Source: Mobula hypostoma
Lineage: Eukaryota
Reading direction: 5' to 3'
DNA: 64,000 nucleotides
Assembly: GCF_963921235.1 (NCBI RefSeq)
Contig: NC_086097.1
Location: 46,564,001-46,628,000 of the forward strand
Translations under genes and position numbers: made by a program
In this document: one piece after another, positions 59,501 to 64,000 of the stretch
Position numbering within the stretch: the first letter of the stretch is position 1
Layout of the letters: every line of letters starts with the position of its first letter
The notes under the pieces: generated by a model
Database searches by the model: none
What the model saw: the letters and a program-made list of their open reading frames with translations, nothing else
Told to the model about the DNA's origin: nothing

Positions 59501-62361
59501 ATGCCTTCTTTTATATTCCTTCTTTTAACAGGAGGTCTCACTTGACCTATCCCTGATATTAGCAGAGCAATCCCATTGGTCCTCTTCCTCCTCCTTCTTT
59601 CCCTACACTCCTACCACTTGCCACCTAGACCACCAACAGAAGCAGATACCTTTGCCATTGACCTGTCCACAGGCTCTATGATCCTCCTTCTATTAAGGCT
59701 AGATCTGCATCTCTACTTTCTCAAGAGAGGAATATCAGTGAACTCCTATGATGCTTTTGGGTGATATGGCCATCAGGATTGAATAGGTGCAGGTAGGTAG
59801 ATACCTAGTGATTTGGGGCTCACAGTAGTAACGTGTGTGTCTGTCTGTCTAAGATTAGCCATCTGAATTTAGGGATCAAATACTGACTATCAGAAGATTG
59901 TAGCTAGATGTGTGATAATTTTACCAATGGACAACTCGGGGGTTACAACTGAGGAGACACCATCTAACAATTTAATTCATTCAGCCTGAAATCTTGTCAT
60001 ATTCTTGGATTTTATCTGCATTGCTTCCATGTTCTTGGAGCCGACCTCTCCATGCCTTATGAAGGCAGCTTAATTTGGTGCCATGGCTGGATCACCTCTG
60101 TCAGACACCTCATCATCTCTCTCTTTCTCCATGGCTTGTACCCAGGCTAGCAGTGAGATATCAGAAAATTGCATTGCAATTATTCCTGCCATGTTCAGCA
60201 GTTCTTCAGTATTTTGCAGCACAGTTTCTGAACACAAATGAGTTAGATTCCTTCTTGTTGAAATACACTTCCCTTTTAGACTCTGCAGGTTGCCTGTAAA
60301 TAGCATGAACTGTCATGGTACGGGCTCATTGTGCAATCAGAAGAGGACAAGGTGCCCATGACAACCGTTTAAAACAGCGTCCTGCATGAACTGAATGTGT
60401 GGACAGCGTTGCAATGAAGGGGGATTAGTTTAGTGCATCATAGCCCTAAACCCATCTCTGCACATTTTCAAATTTAATCTCTGCTACATGTAGCTGCACA
60501 TATTTTCTATAAAAATGACTGGGCATAACATCAAAAATTACAATTTATTTTGCACATTTCTCTTTCAAATAACACAGGACAAGCTTCTATTCGTTTAAAA
60601 AATATTGGCATGGGAGTCATCTGCACTGATCTCTACACAGTACAGACAGGCACATTTATTTAGAAAGTACTCTCATATACACGAGTGCTCAGAATAACTT
60701 TTCTTTAAACATGCTGTCTATTAGTATTGCCATCTGCCAAAAAGCCCATTTATAAACCCTAAAGCAATTCTTGCAAAACATTTCTAGTCTAATGTTTGTT
60801 TCCCAAATTAGATAAAAAGGACTCCATCAACTGGTGCTTCTTTACTTTTGATTTTCAATTTCTTTGCAAAGGCAAAAAATAACCAAGCCCAGTGGCAATG
60901 AATGGAATGAAGTTTCTGATGAGATCTGTTTACACATCGGTGACCACTATAGAAAATTATAATGTGAATCAGCAGCATCCACACAGTGGTAACCTTACCA
61001 GCAACATTATTTATGGCATCTTCCTCCTTTGATCAGACAGAGTTATGAGTCAATTATTTTTAAAGTGGTCTAAAAATGGTAGCACAAAGAATATGCCATG
61101 CTTCCAGCTGATAATCATAACATTTCAGGCCATTCTGAAGTTTAGCTACCATTGTTCGCCTTGTTCCAAAGAGTTAGATGGTACACATCCTTTACATATT
61201 TGACCATCTGAAAATGTTAACATTTCTGGTCAACAATTGTAGAGCCTAAAAACTCATATGCTTGGAATTTAGTGAAAGTGTTAGATTAAATTTGGAAATA
61301 ATTTACTAATATAGAAATTGTTATTACTGCCCATAATGCAAAATAGGCCAGAAAACAAATTTGAAACACTTAAAACCATGTTGAGCAATATTTTCCTCAA
61401 GGCACAAACTAGAGCAAATTATGGACCACATTTACAAATTTATTACACCCAGTGCCAAGATTAAAGCACCTTCCATTTGTCCTTAACTCAACCAACCTCT
61501 TTGGAAAACGTAGAATTCTAAATACAACAATTTAATGCTTCTAAAATTTGAAAAAGCCATATGAAATTGTTTATGTATAAAATTCTGTAAGTTATCTCAG
61601 TTCATCTGAATGTGTGCAAAGAGCTTTTATTAATTATGTAGTATAATTGGTATACAGGACTTTATGAATAGGAGCATAAAATACAAACATCTAAATAAAG
61701 CAGTCATGTGCTCTGTTTCTGGGCCCCACATTTTAGGAAAGGCATGAACACTTAGAAAAGGGTACAAAGAAATTAGCGAGAATTGAACCAGAGCTAAAGG
61801 GTTATAGTTGCTTGGTCAGACTCCAGTAACAGGAATTTATCACCTTTACAGCAGAGCAAAGAAGGTGAAAAGATTTAGCCAATGTCCTAACATAATCTTA
61901 AGAAGCATTTTCCATTCAGCTCCTTTGCAGCCTTCAGCGCTCATAAAATTCAACAATTTAAGATTACTCAGCTTTTCTGTTGACATTGGAACTGGCCAGT
62001 CCTGCTGCAAGGTACAATTAACCCTGTTTTTCCTCCCTCTCATCGACGCTACCTAATTGGCTGAGCACGGTCTACGTTCTCCATTTGGTTTCTGGTTTCA
62101 GCAACAACTCTGACCTGTATTTCAATTTTAACAAATCCTTTTCATTGTTCTTGCCCCCTCCCCCTTCCCACAAAACTCCCCTTATTAATCTAGCAACTAG
62201 GCATTTCCAGAAGCACCAGAATCACATAGTCACCTTATCAGAGATATGCTTTGCCCTATCTACTTCAGCTAAGAGGCTACTTTTCACCAAGTATTCCTTG
62301 AAAGGCAACACTTAAGCATTTTTCAAGCAATTTATGCATTACACTGTATATAAAAAGCTGG

Positions 62362-62668
62362 AGGAGTCAGCACATCAGACAGCATCTATAAACAATCGAT
62401 GATTTGGAATAAGACCCTTTATCAGAACTGGGAGGGGGAAGAAGCCAGAATAAGAAGGTGGGGGTGGGGTGGGGGGGAGGAGAAGGTGGGGGTGGGAGGA
62501 GAAGGAGTACCAGCTGGCAGACAATAGGCGAGGAGGAAGGTAGATGGGTGAGAGAGGGGGATGAAGTAAAAAGCTGGGAGGGGTTAGGTGCAAAAGGTAA
62601 AGGGCTGAAAATTAATAAATCTAATAAAGAGGGCAGTAGACCATGGAAGAAAGGGAATGGTGTAGGAA
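62362..62668 (-). mobile_element. Penelope 3' UTR/pLTR fragment
   Basis: Homologous to 2500-2760; decayed hammerhead CAGTTCTGATAAAGGGTCTTA on the minus strand. Confidence 0.8.
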
Positions 62669-62774
62669 ATAACATACGCATGAACTATTGTTTTGCATAA
62701 CTTAAAATAAAATGAATTCCTTCTCAATGAAGTTTGCAAGTAGCAATCGATATACAGAAATACCCTCAATAAAA

Positions 62775-63745
62775 TCCATCTTGGAGTACTGTATTGTGTG
62801 CAATTTTGGTCACCTTACCTTTAAAAAGGTATACATAGGATTTACCGTGCAGTGAATGAAGTAAAGATTTAGATGCTGATTCTTAAGATGTCAGATTGAT
62901 CACGTGAAGAGTGATTGGCCAGATTGATACTTTAGATTTTAGAAGACTGAAAGGTTTCCTCATTGAGATGTCTCAAATTTTTGGCTGGTTCGGTGAAGTA
63001 GGTATAAGGCTGATGTTTCCCCAGTCAAAAAGTCTGGTACAAAAGGGTACAGTCTCAAAGTAGGGAGTGGACATTCTTAGATTTAAATGAGGAAAGATTT
63101 CTACAGTTAAAGGGTGATGATGAATCATTGGAATTCTGTATCCATACGGACTGTCATTCTTAGTTATTGATTTCATTTGAAAGCAGAATATAGAACATGG
63201 AACGTAGAACAGTACAGCACAGATGGGCTGACCTTTTAATCTACACCAAGATTAATCTAATTTTTTCCTCCCTTATAGCCCTACATTATTCTTTCACTCA
63301 TGTGTCTATCTAAGGGTCTCTTACGTGGTGGGTCTACCACCACCCTTGGTAGTGCATTTAATTTCTGTGTGAAAAAACTACCTCCGATAACCCCTCCCCC
63401 TATACTTTCCTCCCATCACCTTAAAATGATGCCCTCTTGTATGAGTCATTACTACCCTGGGAGAAAAGCAATGGCTATCAATTCTTTCTTGTATCTTATT
63501 GTCTTGTACACATCTATCAGGTCACCTGTCACTCCTCCTTCATTCCAAAGAGAAAAGCCTTAGCTTGCTCTATAGTCCAGGCAAAATCCTGATAAATTTG
63601 TATGGCAATTGTGAATCAGGTTGAATCTAGTGACATGGAAATAGTTAAGGAAAATAATGTTGAACTGATGATTGGCCATGAATAGCAGAAAAGGCACAAG
63701 GGGCCAAATAGCCTACTTTTGTATTTATTCCTATGTTGTTCTAAT
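62775..63745 (+). mobile_element. Old CR1 3' part with an opposite-strand CR1 fragment nested at about 63188-63600
   Basis: TTGGAGTACTGT...TTTTGGTCACCTTA (LEYC..FWSP); tail GGGCCAAATAGCCTAC; insert begins with an (AGAACAT)n tail. Confidence 0.65.
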
Positions 63746-64000
63746 GTATTAAAAATGCACAAAGATCTGGAAGGTCAGGCAGATTCTGCAGAGAGAGAAA
63801 CAAGGTCACTGACTTTAAACAAATCATGAGGAAGGCAACAAATTTAATCTTGACATGTTCCACAACCACAGGGGTTTCACTCCCTGAATGTACAACTGGC
63901 CTGCAATTCCACTCAGAAGATCATGATGGTCACTTCCAATATCTGGGTAGCGGTCAGGACATTTTTGTTTTGTGATAATGTGCTTTTCTCTCAATCCTTT

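Noticed and set aside
60070..60306. 78-aa minus-strand ORF with a possible acceptor TATTTACAG
   Set aside because: No recognisable protein similarity and only a weak donor site; cannot be supported without RNA data.
1..64000. CRISPR array, prokaryotic operon or non-retroviral endogenous virus
   Set aside because: No regularly spaced repeats, no gene-dense organisation and no viral hallmark motifs; all recognisable coding remnants are eukaryotic transposons.

Overview
This is repeat-dense eukaryotic DNA, most likely intronic or intergenic. The repeat mix (CR1/HER1-like LINEs, HE1-like V-SINEs, Neptune-like Penelope elements, Rex1/Babar LINEs) suggests a cartilaginous fish, probably a ray or skate; that assignment is inference. 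I found no recognisable host protein-coding exon, true tRNA/rRNA gene or CRISPR array. Every ORF I could assign to a protein family is a transposon fragment. Main contents: a decayed full-length sushi/Tf1-type chromovirus with both LTRs and a self-priming signature (4894-10078); a second, very old Gypsy pol fossil on the minus strand; a solo LTR; several Penelope-like elements whose terminal repeats carry minimal hammerhead ribozyme motifs; many CR1, Rex1 and RTE fragments; tRNA-derived SINEs; a Tc1-derived non-autonomous element; and a pogo/Tigger transposase fossil. The most interesting signals are TE-level: hammerhead motifs including two TSD-flanked ~135 bp ribozyme mini-elements, a composite SINE sharing its body with a non-coding RTE-like element in the same window, and two Rex1 insertions at the homologous codon of older Rex1 copies. 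I cannot support a new host gene system. Family assignments rest on motif recognition by eye, and boundaries of decayed elements are approximate.
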